Source: Marsupella aquatica
Taxonomy: Eukaryota > Plantae > Marchantiophyta
Length of the DNA stretch: 64,000 bases
Assembly (NCBI GenBank): GCA_973895155.1
Contig: OZ316891.1
Coordinates: forward strand, 26,963,972 to 27,027,971
Direction: 5' to 3'
Shown here: positions 53,086-64,000 of the stretch, one piece after another
Layout: every line of letters begins with the position of its first letter
Position numbering within the stretch: the first letter of the stretch is position 1
Made by a program: the position numbers and the translations under genes
Notes under the pieces: model-generated
What the model was told of the DNA's origin: nothing
Database searches by the model: none
Seen by the model: the letters and a program-made list of their open reading frames with translations, nothing else

Positions 53086-54140
53086 ATGTATGGGGCCACA
53101 AAGGGCCCAAGGAGGTTCTCTGGTGTAGTTGGCACCATTGACTTAGATGATTTCATCCAAGAGTTTGATACGTGGTGCAACATGTAGACATTGCATAATG
53201 CCACATTGTTCACACCTTTCATGGCATGGAAGGGATTGTTTGGCATTTGGAGAGGCCACCCATGGACGATTACCATGAGTTTTGGAAGGCTCATTTGCTA
53301 GACATTGAGGCATGGAGACACCATTGGTCACCCAATTATGTATCCATCACCTATGGCACAAGTGCAAGTGCCCAACCTATTGCTGTTGTTGTTGCTGTTG
53401 CTACTACTATAGCTTCCTCTAGCAGCACTAGTCAGACTAGCACCTCAACAACATCCACGACCAGCACCTTAGCAACATCCACTTCCACTACTACCGGTGT
53501 TGTAGTGTCAGGCGCTACAGTTGTGCCAACATTTAACCCTATGGTGGAGTTCTTTGAGGCATTGCGCCAAAACTACTAGGGTGTGAGAACAGATAAGTTG
53601 AAGGGTTTGCAAGAGTTTCAGCGTAAGACTGAAGAGAGTCTACGTGGGACATACACCTGTATGAAGAAATTGATTAACGTCACGAAGGGAGTGACAAAGG
53701 CCCAGGCAGTCCAATTTTGGTATGCCATTGTGGATAGGGAGTTGTTGCGTAGAGTGAGGGATGCCACTCTACTTAGGGATTCAGATCCCACATTGGCAGT
53801 TGTTTTTGCATTTTCTAAGCGCATTGAGCTCAATATGGTGAATGAGAAGGTGGTGACTTCCGGATTTACCAAGGAAGCACCAAAGGCTGCATCTACATCC
53901 ACACCATAGCCTACTGCACGGAAGAGCTAGAGGAAGAAGTCCACTACACGAGAGTCTACCAGCGAGAGACCTGTGCCCTCTTATGTTGGATAGCAATCAA
54001 GATGTTGGACCTGTGATGGGGATCATGCACAAAGATATTGCCCAGATCATAGAGTATCAGGGGGAGCATCAACGCCTGATTAGCGACATTGTGATCATTG
54101 TGGAGCTCCTGGACACACCAAGGATAGGTGTTTCTCACTC
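53086..54140 (+). pseudogene. Retrotransposon Gag with two zinc knuckles
   Basis: PRRFSG...DLDDFIQEFDTW; KLKGLQEFQRKTEESLRGTYTCMKKL (gag major-homology-like); CWTCDGDHAQRYC (54003-54041) and CDHCGAPGHTKDRC (54090-54131). Several stops and frameshifts. Confidence 0.85.
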
Positions 54141-54989
54141 CACCCTAAGTTACGAAGGGGAGGATCCCGTACACATGATCAGGGAAGAGGAGGAGGAGGT
54201 AGAGGTGGTGGACGTGGCTGTGGCATGCCACATGTAGGGAGACAGGGAGGTGATGTGCCCTTGTTGTAGCCATAGATCCAAAGGATGCTAAGATTGTTCA
54301 ATTGGAGCAACAGCTAGCTGCCATGGCTAGTTCCCAGGCGAGACCTACTTTGGGTGATGAGACATCTACATCCTATGGACTTTCCACATCCCATGGTTGT
54401 TCCATAGCTTATGGAGCTGATGGAGACCTTGCCACCATGGGATTCATGTGTGGCACTGCACACATTGATGCATCAGCAACTTTGACACGGGAAGCAACAA
54501 AAGCTCTTGAACCTAGAGGGGCTGTTGTGGAGTTGGATCCTCAGAGAGGGGATGCTCGTTGTCAGACAAAGCTTCTCGAGTCTTTCATAGTGTCAGAGAT
54601 AGTGCAAACTACCTCTATGAACCCGGTTTGGAAAAACCCTAGTGGGGGTAAGTTGGCAAAATCAGGTAGTGATGCAGTAGGGATGACAGGTACCCTGTTG
54701 GGGGCGGCTACTGCCATAGTGCGCACCCCATTATTTTGAGCAACAAACATGCTGAACTTGGGAGTTGGTCCTCCATGAGTGTTCAGATTGGCAGCTACAC
54801 TCTGTGAGGACACTCCAGTTGTTGCTTCCTATGCAGAAGCAGTTTGCAGTGTTGAAGCAATGAAGACCATGCTACCTACTGCTACTAGTGAGACATGGCA
54901 TGCAGCATCAGCAAGGTTGGTGGATTTACCAACACGTCCTGCATTTGAGAGGACGTGTCATTGGATAATCGGAGTGGTATGTTCTGATT

Positions 54990-55340
54990 AGTTGGGGCCT
55001 TTTGGAACAGTATATCAGCCAGAGAGAGTGTTGGTGGATACTGGTGCTCAACCCTTGATGTTGGGTAAGTCTGCCATATATACATGGATTGGGATTGCGT
55101 CCAGAGGATTTGGAGGATTGTCCCTTTCCCATTCAGACTTCATTTGGGGGACCTACACCTACACATCATACCACCAGGAGACCACTTGATTTGAGGATTT
55201 AGGAAGGTCATGCAACACATAGCTCACAGATACAGGCGCGAGCTATTTTGACTAAGGCAGAGTCATATGATGTATTGGTGGGATGTACAATGCTCTACCC
55301 CATGGGATTTATTCTTGATTTTTGGGATGAATCAGTGTCA
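54990..55340 (+). pseudogene. Retropepsin-type aspartic protease
   Basis: RVLVDTGAQPLML (DTG at 55037) and downstream SYDVLVG...GFILDFW (~55263-55327). Confidence 0.8.
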
Positions 55341-55739
55341 TATAGACTTGATTGACAATCAAGATGCTCAATTGAGCAAGTTGCCAGTGCAATTTAGTGG
55401 ACCTGTGGGAGGCCCTAATTCACACTATTGTCTTTGGCCGCATTCAGTGGTGTGATTACTGGACCTGATGATTTGATTGAAGATAATGCACATGCAACAG
55501 ATGTTCCACCATTGGAGGAGTCACATGAGGAGCAGATCATGCAAGATTACCTGTTGGCAGTGTGGCGCCACCAGTGTGGGGCACTAGACAGGCCTTGCTA
55601 CAGGCAACGACACGATTGGTACATGATGCATGGCGTCATGCTTTTACACCATAGTCAAGAGTAGAGCAGTGTCTTGCAGATGGACCAGTGACTCTTTCAC
55701 CATTGGATACCACTCCTATTGCTTGGCAGTATCCACCGG

Positions 55740-56665
55740 AGGGTATTGGCTTGTTGGATCTATTTGGTGTGATTAGCACTGGATTGGCTAGACATCACTT
55801 CTTGGCGGGGCCGTCAAGATGACCAGATGTCCGTACGGTACGGACACCAAATTTTGTCAAATTTTTTCTCAATTTTTATGGACACTGATGATCCTCGCTA
55901 CCCCTTATCAGCATGCACTACCTGTTGATATTTCATTGCTAGGGGCGGATCATTTGCATCATTTTGGCCCCATTAATTTGGTGATTGCTGGTTGGCCATG
56001 TCAGAGCCAATCTAGAGCTGGCATTGGTCATGGACTTCATGATCCACGCTCTGCATTGTTTTGGGAGATGTTATGGGTGCTATGTCATCTCCAGCTACAT
56101 TAGACATAATCTCCAACATACATTTTGGAGAATGTGCCATTGTTAGTTGATGATCATTGTTGGATTGTTGCTAGTGTTCACCAAGTGAGGTCTTGGATTG
56201 GACCTGTTGTGTTATTGGATGTTGCATGTGTGGGTTCTCGTGCACATCATCCACGCTTGTGGTGGACTAATTTGATCCCATGTGAGGTGCTAAAGTGCGC
56301 ATTTGACAACATTCCACGCTCAATAGCCTTAGTGGAGGATGATATTTTGGACCCAGGACGTCGTGCACAGGGTGTGACCCAACCTGACAGACCTCCATTG
56401 GCAATGGTCAATGTCGTTGGGCGTCCATGTTGTGGATTACCCACTCTTTTAAGTCACTCTGCTTCATATGCATTCAAAGCAGGTGGCTCTGGACTTGTGT
56501 GGGACACAGCTCTCTAGCAGTTAGTGGAACCTACTGTTGATGAGAGGGAGCGTGCTATGGGATTTTTGACAGGCACCACTGCAATTGCCTTGGTGTCAGA
56601 GAGTTCACGTGGCTAGGTCCTTGGTCAAGCAATGGATTTGAATTGCTTGACTTGGATTATCAGCT
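55740..56665 (+). pseudogene. C5 cytosine DNA methyltransferase domain embedded in the retroelement polyprotein
   Basis: Ordered motifs: I LLDLFGVISTGL (55751); IV LVIAGWPCQ (PC at 55996-56001) followed by SRAG...GLHDPRSALF; VI YILENV (ENV at 56128); VIII GSRAHHPRLWW; IX EPTVDERERAMGF (~56527); X VLGQAMDL (56617). Contains in-frame stops. Confidence 0.92.
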
Positions 56666-56875
56666 TGGGAGTAGCTGAATAGTTGCGGATGCGCTCTGCT
56701 GGTGTTACTAATCGTCCATTAGTGAACTTGCGGTCCATTAAGACAGTGTTGACCACAACTGGGGGCAAGCAAATAGTCCATGGACCTATGGCAGGATTGG
56801 CCAAGGCTGGACAGATTGTTGAGCAGGAAAGGACTGCTCAATCTATTGCCAAATAGCAATCATCGGCTATCTCTT

Positions 56876-57000
56876 CTTTTTTAATTTTTAATTTTTTAAT
56901 TTTTCATTTATTCCGCTTGAACCCCACGGAGAGGGAATCAGCAGGCCCACATGCAAAAGAGGCCCTTAGAGGCAAAAGAGAACAAGGCAGACCGGTCAAA
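56876..57000 (-). mobile_element. LINE 3' end (poly-A tail) of the same family as the LINE at 46588
   Basis: Poly-T run then TTTATTCCGCTTGAACCCCACGGAGAGGG...CAGCAGGCC, matching TTTATTCCGCATGAACCCCACGGATAGGG...CAGCAGGCC at ~46628. Confidence 0.85.
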
Positions 57001-57200
57001 AGTCTATTTGAGCAAATGAAAGTTCCCTACCAACAGTGCATCTTGGTGCCTTATCTACAGTCAAAATAGGTGAAAACTTTGAGGTTTAAAGAGTTTACTA
57101 GATCTCTTCACTATTCACTGTCCAGTCCGTAGGTCTATTTCAACTTCTAACAGTCACTACTCGTCTTACTTGCTCCCTTAAAAGTAGGAAGTGCTGACAG

Positions 57201-57913
57201 GGTTGAAGAAGCATGTGTCATTCTTTGAGTTTATTCTAAAGCGAACAAAACAGGAAGAACCAAAGCGACATTGGACAACTCTCATCAATTATTGGAATGA
57301 CATTGTAGATACTCTACAGGGTGAGCAGGTGCAATATGAACCTGAAGGTGCACACAACTTGGAATACGGGTTTTGGCCTTTATCAATATGGAGAGAGCAC
57401 GTTCCACCAGAATATCAAAATGTGGCATGTGAGTTGGAGGCAACAGTGGATTATGTGGGACCAGCAAAAGATAAACCTCCTGAGAGTTTTAACCCTAGGG
57501 TTGATGTTGTGAAGGGCTGTTATGTGTTGGTACGGCCGGACGACTCAAACCTGGATGATTATCCCATCCATATGGGGTTAGTTGTTATAGATGTGGTAGA
57601 AGGACCAGTGAATGAACAAAACCTTCTTACTCATGTATGTGGCGTTGAGTGGTTTAGACCATTTATGGCAAAGAAGCAACATGGTCAATCAGACTGGCAG
57701 CCAAGAGAGCGGTGGGCAGATTCTTGGGATAAGAAATGGGAACGTGATCCAACTCCAATATACAAGGAAGCTGAGACAATAGATGTTTCCTCTGCCTTGT
57801 GGTGTTTCAAAGCACGCAAAGGACCAGTGACAGGGCTGGTAGGAATTCCAAAGAATGTTGCTGCCAAGGCAAGAGACTATCTCTTGACATGCATAGCAAG
57901 TGACAAATCCTAG
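57201..57913 (+). CDS. Uninterrupted terminal exon of an unknown Trp-rich protein, probably the C-terminus of a DNA-transposon protein
   Basis: 240-codon open frame preceded by the acceptor-like GCTGACAG. Motifs GFWP..W, FNPRVDV..G.YVLVRP, VEWFRP and W..SW..KW. It sits between LINE fragments. Confidence 0.5.
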
Positions 57914-58008
57914 ACAATAATGAAGCATGTAGTTTAGCATACAGTTTAAAAGGCAACTCAGAATAGTAGTAGCCAGAGAACTCAAGTTTAGACAAGTCTT
58001 ATCGTCTA

Positions 58009-58543
58009 AGTTAGTTAGTTGGTTAGTTTATTTAAGATATAATATTAGTTAGTGGGGCCTTAGTTTGGTGATATTAAGGCATGATATTATTGACATTCAA
58101 ATGAATGTCCAGTAGACATTGTAATATACAACAATCCTATTAATAAATAATAATTATAGTTACACCTTCAAGTGAACTCAACTTTCAATGATTTCTGATT
58201 TTATATGGTTCCATGCCTGATTGAGTCAAAGCAATAGAAACTAACTAATTAAAGGGTGATACTATGATTGTAGGTCACGCACCCTGGTGCGTGTCAATCT
58301 TTTTTTGTATTCAACCCTATAGTAATTAAATAGACAAGTTAGTTAGTTAGTTGGTTAGTTTATTTAAGATATAATATTAGTTAGACAGTGGGGCCTTAGT
58401 TTGGTGATATTAAGGCATGATATTATTGACATTCAAATGAATGTCCACTTAAGTAGACATTGTAATATACAACAATCCTATTAATTGTTGTAAAGGGTGG
58501 TCAATCTTTTTTGTATTCAACCCTATAGTAATTAAATAGACAA
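58009..58543. repeat. Interleaved direct duplications (~135 bp and ~44 bp)
   Basis: 58009-58144 recurs at ~58341-58485 with small indels. TCAATCTTTTTTGTATTCAACCCTATAGTAATTAAATAGACAA occurs at ~58294 and 58501. Confidence 0.9.
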
Positions 58544-59391
58544 TTGAAACAATGAATGACAGTTTAATTAAGGATTTGTGCATGGATCAAGAGGTACTTG
58601 ATGTCATTTAGTGATGCATTGTTATAAAGATGTAGTTATAAAGATCTTGCAACAAAACATTTGAAGTTTTTGACTATCCCACCAAATGTTGAAGAGGTTG
58701 ATCATTCATTAACTTATAATATTTAGATAAAATTGGAATTAATCTAATACTTCAGTATTCCTTAAATTGGGGTTTTACGTTCTGTTTCTATATGCTTCAA
58801 TGCTACAGTTAATCGTTTTTGTTTCTTGTCAGAGAGGGAAGTAGTCCCTACCAGCACAACCGTGATGTGATCCATGCTCTCTAAAATTACTTGCATCGGA
58901 TCAAGAAGACCTTAGCTTTTGTTGAGAGGTCTGAAGACCACATCCCCTTCCACATTGAGCTCCATTCAGTCTCATTAAGTGTCACACTCCAAATGCGATT
59001 CAGCCTTTCCCAATCATAACCTTTAGATCGTAGTGTGACGCCGCTGGTATTGAGTAATTCGGTCTAACCGCACTTAGCACGCGCGTTAGGGGTATCTTAG
59101 GCTGTTATTATTAGCATAACGACAATACTTAGGTAGCCATTATAAGTAGGAAATCCTTAGTCAATAAAGGGAATCCATGTTTGGGCTGCCAGCAGGTCGC
59201 CATTCGCATGCCCGGGTTGTGAGCGTGTAATGGGTCCTTTTTCCCCCTCCCTCGGGTCTGTATAACGAACTCTGGGGGCGGCCACTCACACGAGCTGACC
59301 CGGACTGGAGAAGGGGCCGGTACACTGTGAGCATGAAAGGCTCGACCTATAAGTGACGAGGAGGCGTCGGGCGATCGACGAACTCTCAGGG

Positions 59392-59398
59392 TATAAAA
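59392..59398 (+). promoter_or_regulatory. TATA box typical of an LTR promoter
   Basis: TATAAAA followed by GGGGG and a pyrimidine-rich leader, 100 bp before ATG 59498. Confidence 0.55.
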
Positions 59399-59497
59399 GG
59401 GGGCCGATCCTTTGCAGTGCACCAAGCTCTCCAGTCCACGCGCCAGCTTCGATCCCAACTCTCTCGCTTTTCCTTAGTCACCTGCTATCTCCTCTGA

Positions 59498-62046
59498 ATG
59501 TTGCACACGATCCTTTCCAGTTCGGCCATACAATTCTGGACTCAGTTCCTGTCTATTGGAGGACACTTGGCCGACTCATTGAAACATGCCAACCCACGCC
59601 GTTCTGAGATCGAATGCGAATACGAGAGAGCCATCCGCCTAGCAGACCGCCACCACTATCTCCTTAACTTTGAGTACCCGTCCCAGAGCAAGCTTTACCG
59701 ACCCGAGGAGGTATCAGGGTACTTTTTTGACGGAAGCAAATACATCGGCTTCTGGGAGGCACTGCTTCGCCTTTCGGACGAGGTCTTCAATATTCCGGGC
59801 ACGATCGACTTACAGAGGCACCACTTTGACCACATCAATGGCGAGTTCAACACTACCCGGTCGATAGGACCATCTCCACTTGCGTCGAAGAACCTCCACC
59901 GGCACTTGCAAAACTTCATGGCAACTCTACCATCAACGACCAGTGCCGGCCAACCCGTACCCGCACCTACACCTCCTCGGCCTCAGCCAAGCCGGTCCCC
60001 GCCACCGGTTCCACCACCTCTCCGAGTACGATCCATGGTGAATGCGGTACATATCAGCTCCAAAGACGAGGAGACTCACCCTCCTCTGAATCAATGACCA
60101 CGGGGTACGAACAACCCCACACCACCCCAGCAAGCCCGAGGGGACAACACGGTAACGCTAGCGGCCCCAACACCAATACTCACGGCAATCGTGCTACCAC
60201 CACCTGACCGAGAAGATGGAGAGATGTCCCCTTCTTCTAGTCACCCCGGGAATCAGTCTCGAGGTAGGGAGCCCGTAGCCGTATCCGGGTTGCCTTTGGC
60301 CACGGTTGCGGTAGCCAAGTTGACCATGCATCGCATGGGGGACAACGTTCACAAGAACATCCTCCACCCCAAGCATGCATGCTATCTGAAGACCCAGGGG
60401 TTTGAGCACCTCGCCTCCCTCCCTTGGAACGGGAGCAGGTATTACGGGCAGGATATGATGGAGTTCATTCAGAACTTCGACGAGGCCCGTCAACAAACCC
60501 AAGCACACGGGAGAGTGATGTGTCTCGATGAGGCACGTCTGAAGATGATTTTTGGCTTACCCGAGGGGATAAACTAGGTAGAGTCGCGGGCTCCCGGGGG
60601 CAAGGGAGCTAAATACCAGTCATCTAGCTTCCCGACCGAAGGGGTAGTGGACAATGGGTTCTTAATGAGGACGTGCCTCATCCTGGAGGTAGCAGAACGC
60701 CTAGAGTTCCAGCGGTATGCCCTCCACATGATGGAACCTAGAGGAGAAATATCGGCCGCTCAGGTCATCCAGGTGGAGAACTATCGGCCCAGGAAGTGGG
60801 CGTCCTTCTTTTTCAAGAAGTTCCACGAGGAGATGGAGCGGAGAAGGAAGACTTTGTACCTTGGTGGGAGGGCGTACTTTGCTAGCCACGTCAAAATCAT
60901 CCTCGAGTGGTACGCTCATTTCGACCGCCAAAGCCTCCCGCGGCTCAATGAGCCCAAGCTAACCCTGCCAAAATGGGTGTTCCCAGCCCAAGTAAGGCGA
61001 CGGCAGCCCAAGGCCCAAAGTCTGCAACTGCAAGTCCTGCTACCCCGGCCTCGCCGCTGCCGCCCAGCCAGGCATACCCATTGACGTCATCGCGACCTTA
61101 GACGCGATCAATCGGGACAATGTCGTGGAAGCCGGGCCGGATGAAGCCATACCCGAAGCAGATACCACGGTGGCTAGGGAGATTCCACCACCCCCCCATG
61201 GTGGCATAGGAGAACCACCCACCTCTAGTGGAACCAGCCCCTTCGACCGACTTACCTCAAGGGTTGGATATGTCCACTCCTACTCCCGCACGGGTTGAAG
61301 TCTGCCCGTGCCCGAATTGGGAGGGACACAGTCTAGACCATCCGAAACTCTTTGCGTCGGGCACATTTCTGAACGGGTTGTTGGGAGATTTCTCGCAACA
61401 GATCTCTCGAGACACCGGGGAATACATGGCCCGGAGGGTGGCCTACTTCTTCAACCAGAAGTTGGTTGCGGCAGTAAGGGCAGGACATGCGCAGGCAGAG
61501 ACCGCGCAGAGAATAGAGCAATATCGGGTTGAGTCTGCCTACCTGAAGGACAAAGTGGCAACCCTAGAGGCTGAACTCCAGCAACTACGGCCTCAGGTAA
61601 TGGCCACAAAGGACCAGGTCACCGAAGCTAGAGCCCAAGCAGCGTTGGCAGTACAGGCCGGGCTCAAAAAGGATGCCGAGATTGCGCGGCTCCAAACCAA
61701 GATTGACGGTTTGCAGGGGCAAGCCGTCAGTTGGCAAAAGGATCTGGAGGAAGCTGACTGCAGGTCTCAGCGGGACACAGCTAAGATTGACGCTCTAAAG
61801 GCAGAGGTGGCACGGCTTCAAGGAGAAGCCACGAAACAGGCCTAGTTGGTGGACAAGCTGACGAGCGACACCCAGCAACTGGAGGAAGCATGCCAGGAGG
61901 CCGCGGAAGAGGCAGACGCGGCAAAGCGGGAAAACGAATCTCTGCTGGACCAGGGCCAGCTACTCAAGCAGGACGCCGACAGGCTCAGAAGGCAGCGGGA
62001 TAGCCGTTCCCACTCAGGCGGCTCTGGCAAGCGTGCCAGGCATTAG
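59498..62046 (+). pseudogene. ~850-codon ORF of unknown function: Pro-rich linkers, plant-transposon-protein/PMD-like core, C-terminal coiled coil
   Basis: ORFs 59498, 60191 and 60647 share one frame separated by single stops; 61228 and 61846 share another. Core MMEFIQNFD...GRVMCLDEARLKMIFGLPEG; heptad-rich LKDKVATLEAELQQL...KIDALKAEVARLQ. Confidence 0.7.
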
Positions 62047-64000
62047 CGGCGGAGTAGGATTAGAGTAGAGTTAGGAATAGCTTAATTAGGCTATAGGGAC
62101 AAGCAACTGCCCTAAGTAGCACAGCACTACCATGCTGTACAACCTGCATAGATTAGGATCTTCTAATAAGACAAGTCGTTTTCCGGCCTGACAGCCAACT
62201 TAGTTAGGACCTTAGCTAGCGAATCTTCGGGCGCAAGGGCACTCCGTTCCTCGGCCCTTAGTATTTAGTGCACCCCTCGGTAGAGGCAGGGGGTTTTTAG
62301 TCTCAGTGTTGGACATCCGCAATATGTGCGGGGAGTCCCGACCTCTAGGAGTGAAAGAGTACCGAGGGGAGGGTATGGGACTAAGCTTGTTGGGCGAGCG
62401 CGGAGCCGGGCTCCGTTGTAGTGTACACCCTTGGCTTTGGACCTGTTCATTCCCGAGCTTTCGGGTCCACTAAGTGTATGCATATGTCTCCTATGTAGTA
62501 AAATCCTTCCCCATTATTTCCTTCGTGTAAATCGAGATTGTATGCTTGCGCGTGTATGTATGTGTGAATCTTGTGTATAGGTGCCAACGCTCGGCCGAAC
62601 GCACTACCCAAGTCGGGCACGGGGTGCAGCTTGCGGGTAGTGGTTGCGAGCCTGGGTTGAGTACCCATATCATCGAATCCGGATCGAAGGCAGACAACAC
62701 GAAGGCTTAGAAGCCCGTAAGCCGGGGTCGATCCTGTTATCGATTAAGGTACGTTTCGGCGGTGGAACACAAACCATACCTAGGAGGTGTCCGTATATAA
62801 CCATAGGCGCACTTAGCGCTAGTTTACGTGAGTTAGGTGCATTTCGAGCATCCCTCCCTGCCCAAACACTCATTTTGACGAAGGATGTGCCTGTCTAAGC
62901 CGAAGCCCAGGTTAAGGCCTAGGCTGACGACGTGACACGCAGCATCTCGTACACCCTCAGATTTGTTGTGGCAAATCTCCTCATCTCAGTCTTGGTGTCA
63001 TTCCATCTCCAAAGTCGAGCATCAACACCAGATTCCCTGCCTCCAACAGTAGAACAACAGATCACATTGTATAGAGCAGTACATTGGACACGGCCGACAG
63101 AGGTGAGTCCTCTCATTCTTTGCAATATCCTGGAGATATCTTTCAAGTCCTGGTTCTCAGTAGACCATAGATCTTTTACTTTCCTCATTCCTAAACTATC
63201 AAAAGTTCTAATGATTTCCATTGAGCATTCTTCTGGTAGTTCATAGAACCCCTGCATACTCCTTACCAAATCTTCAAAACTCCAATGCCCAGGTATTGTG
63301 CCCTTGCCTGGGAAAAAGATCAGTTGCTCTCTAGCCATCTTCCATGCATTCCATAGTTTCCCTGTATAGACAAGTTTCCCAAAGTGCCTGGGAGTGCTCA
63401 ATAGTATTTTGTCACTCAAGGAGTACCAGCTTCTTCTCACCGTCTTATAGTACGTTGCGCCATTTGGTTAACCTGAGATTCTCAGCATACATTTGAGTCC
63501 ACTTAGAGCAAGGGTCATCTAATGCTCCAGTGAACCACTTGCATAGCAAAGAGTCAGAATGGCTCCTTGAGTCCAAGCTCGCCCTCCAGCTTTGGTCTAG
63601 TCATCTTCTCCCATGCCACTAGAGGAATCCTTCTTCCCCCTTGCAGATTAGTTCCCCATAAGAATGTCCTATTAAGTTTCATCAACTTCTTAGCTAGTAC
63701 CTTAGAGGATCAAATAAACATCATATGGTAGATAGGGATTGCATGTAAAACATGTTTAATCAGCATCAGCCTTCCTATGAAGGATAGAAATTGTGACGAC
63801 CAGGATATATGACAGTCGGGCACCTATTCTGTCTAGGCATAAATTATGTAATTGTGTCTCTAGAATTTCTACTCCAAAGGGAGCACCCAGATATTTTTGT
63901 ACCTCTCCCTTTTCGCTAATTTTGCATCCAGTGTCCCTGAGGCAATCAGGGATCTCATCCATAGTGAAGGGGATAATGATTGATTTTTTCAAATTCAATT

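Larger units (their letters stand above)
59034..62937 (+). mobile_element. 3.9-kb TG...CA element (apparent solo LTR) with an internal gene
   Basis: Starts TGTGACGCCG, ends CGACGTGACA (8/10 inverted match), TSD CGTAG/CGCAG. The flanks rejoin the LINE reading frame. No terminal direct repeats seen. Confidence 0.88.
58820..64000 (-). pseudogene. Decayed L1-type LINE ORF2 (post-RT region), split by the 3.9-kb TG...CA element; continues beyond the window
   Basis: KYLGAPFG, IPLVAWEKMTRPK and IPGHWSFED...RVYEMLR lie right of the insert. LRSKGYDWERLNRIW...DLSTKAKVFL lies left of it. Both are collinear with the ORF at 47072-49069. Confidence 0.9.

Noticed and set aside
55740-56665. Bacterial restriction-modification MTase or contamination
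   Set aside because: It is collinear with Gag and protease, decayed in the same way, and embedded among plant retroelements, with no bacterial gene context.

Overview
Eukaryotic, intron-containing, transposon-rich DNA, most likely from a land plant with flagellated sperm (bryophyte, lycophyte or fern-like; inferred). Two host genes can be reconstructed. A PTPDC1-like phosphatase lies on the minus strand (12 exons visible, ATG 5321, running off the window start). An 8-exon MATE transporter lies on the plus strand (19694-23895). Most of the rest is a nested transposon stack: several decayed L1-type LINEs, a young Copia element inserted in a LINE ORF1, solo LTRs, Helitron-like elements, a CRE-type non-LTR remnant and a transposon-borne Ulp1 protease. 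Two observations stand out. (1) A decayed LTR retrotransposon whose polyprotein reads Gag (two zinc knuckles), aspartic protease, then a C5 cytosine DNA methyltransferase (about 53.1-56.7 kb). (2) A 3.9-kb TG...CA element with a 5-bp TSD and no visible second LTR, i.e. an apparent solo LTR, that carries its own ~850-codon gene (59034-62937). All calls come from manual reading and remembered motifs; no database search was run.
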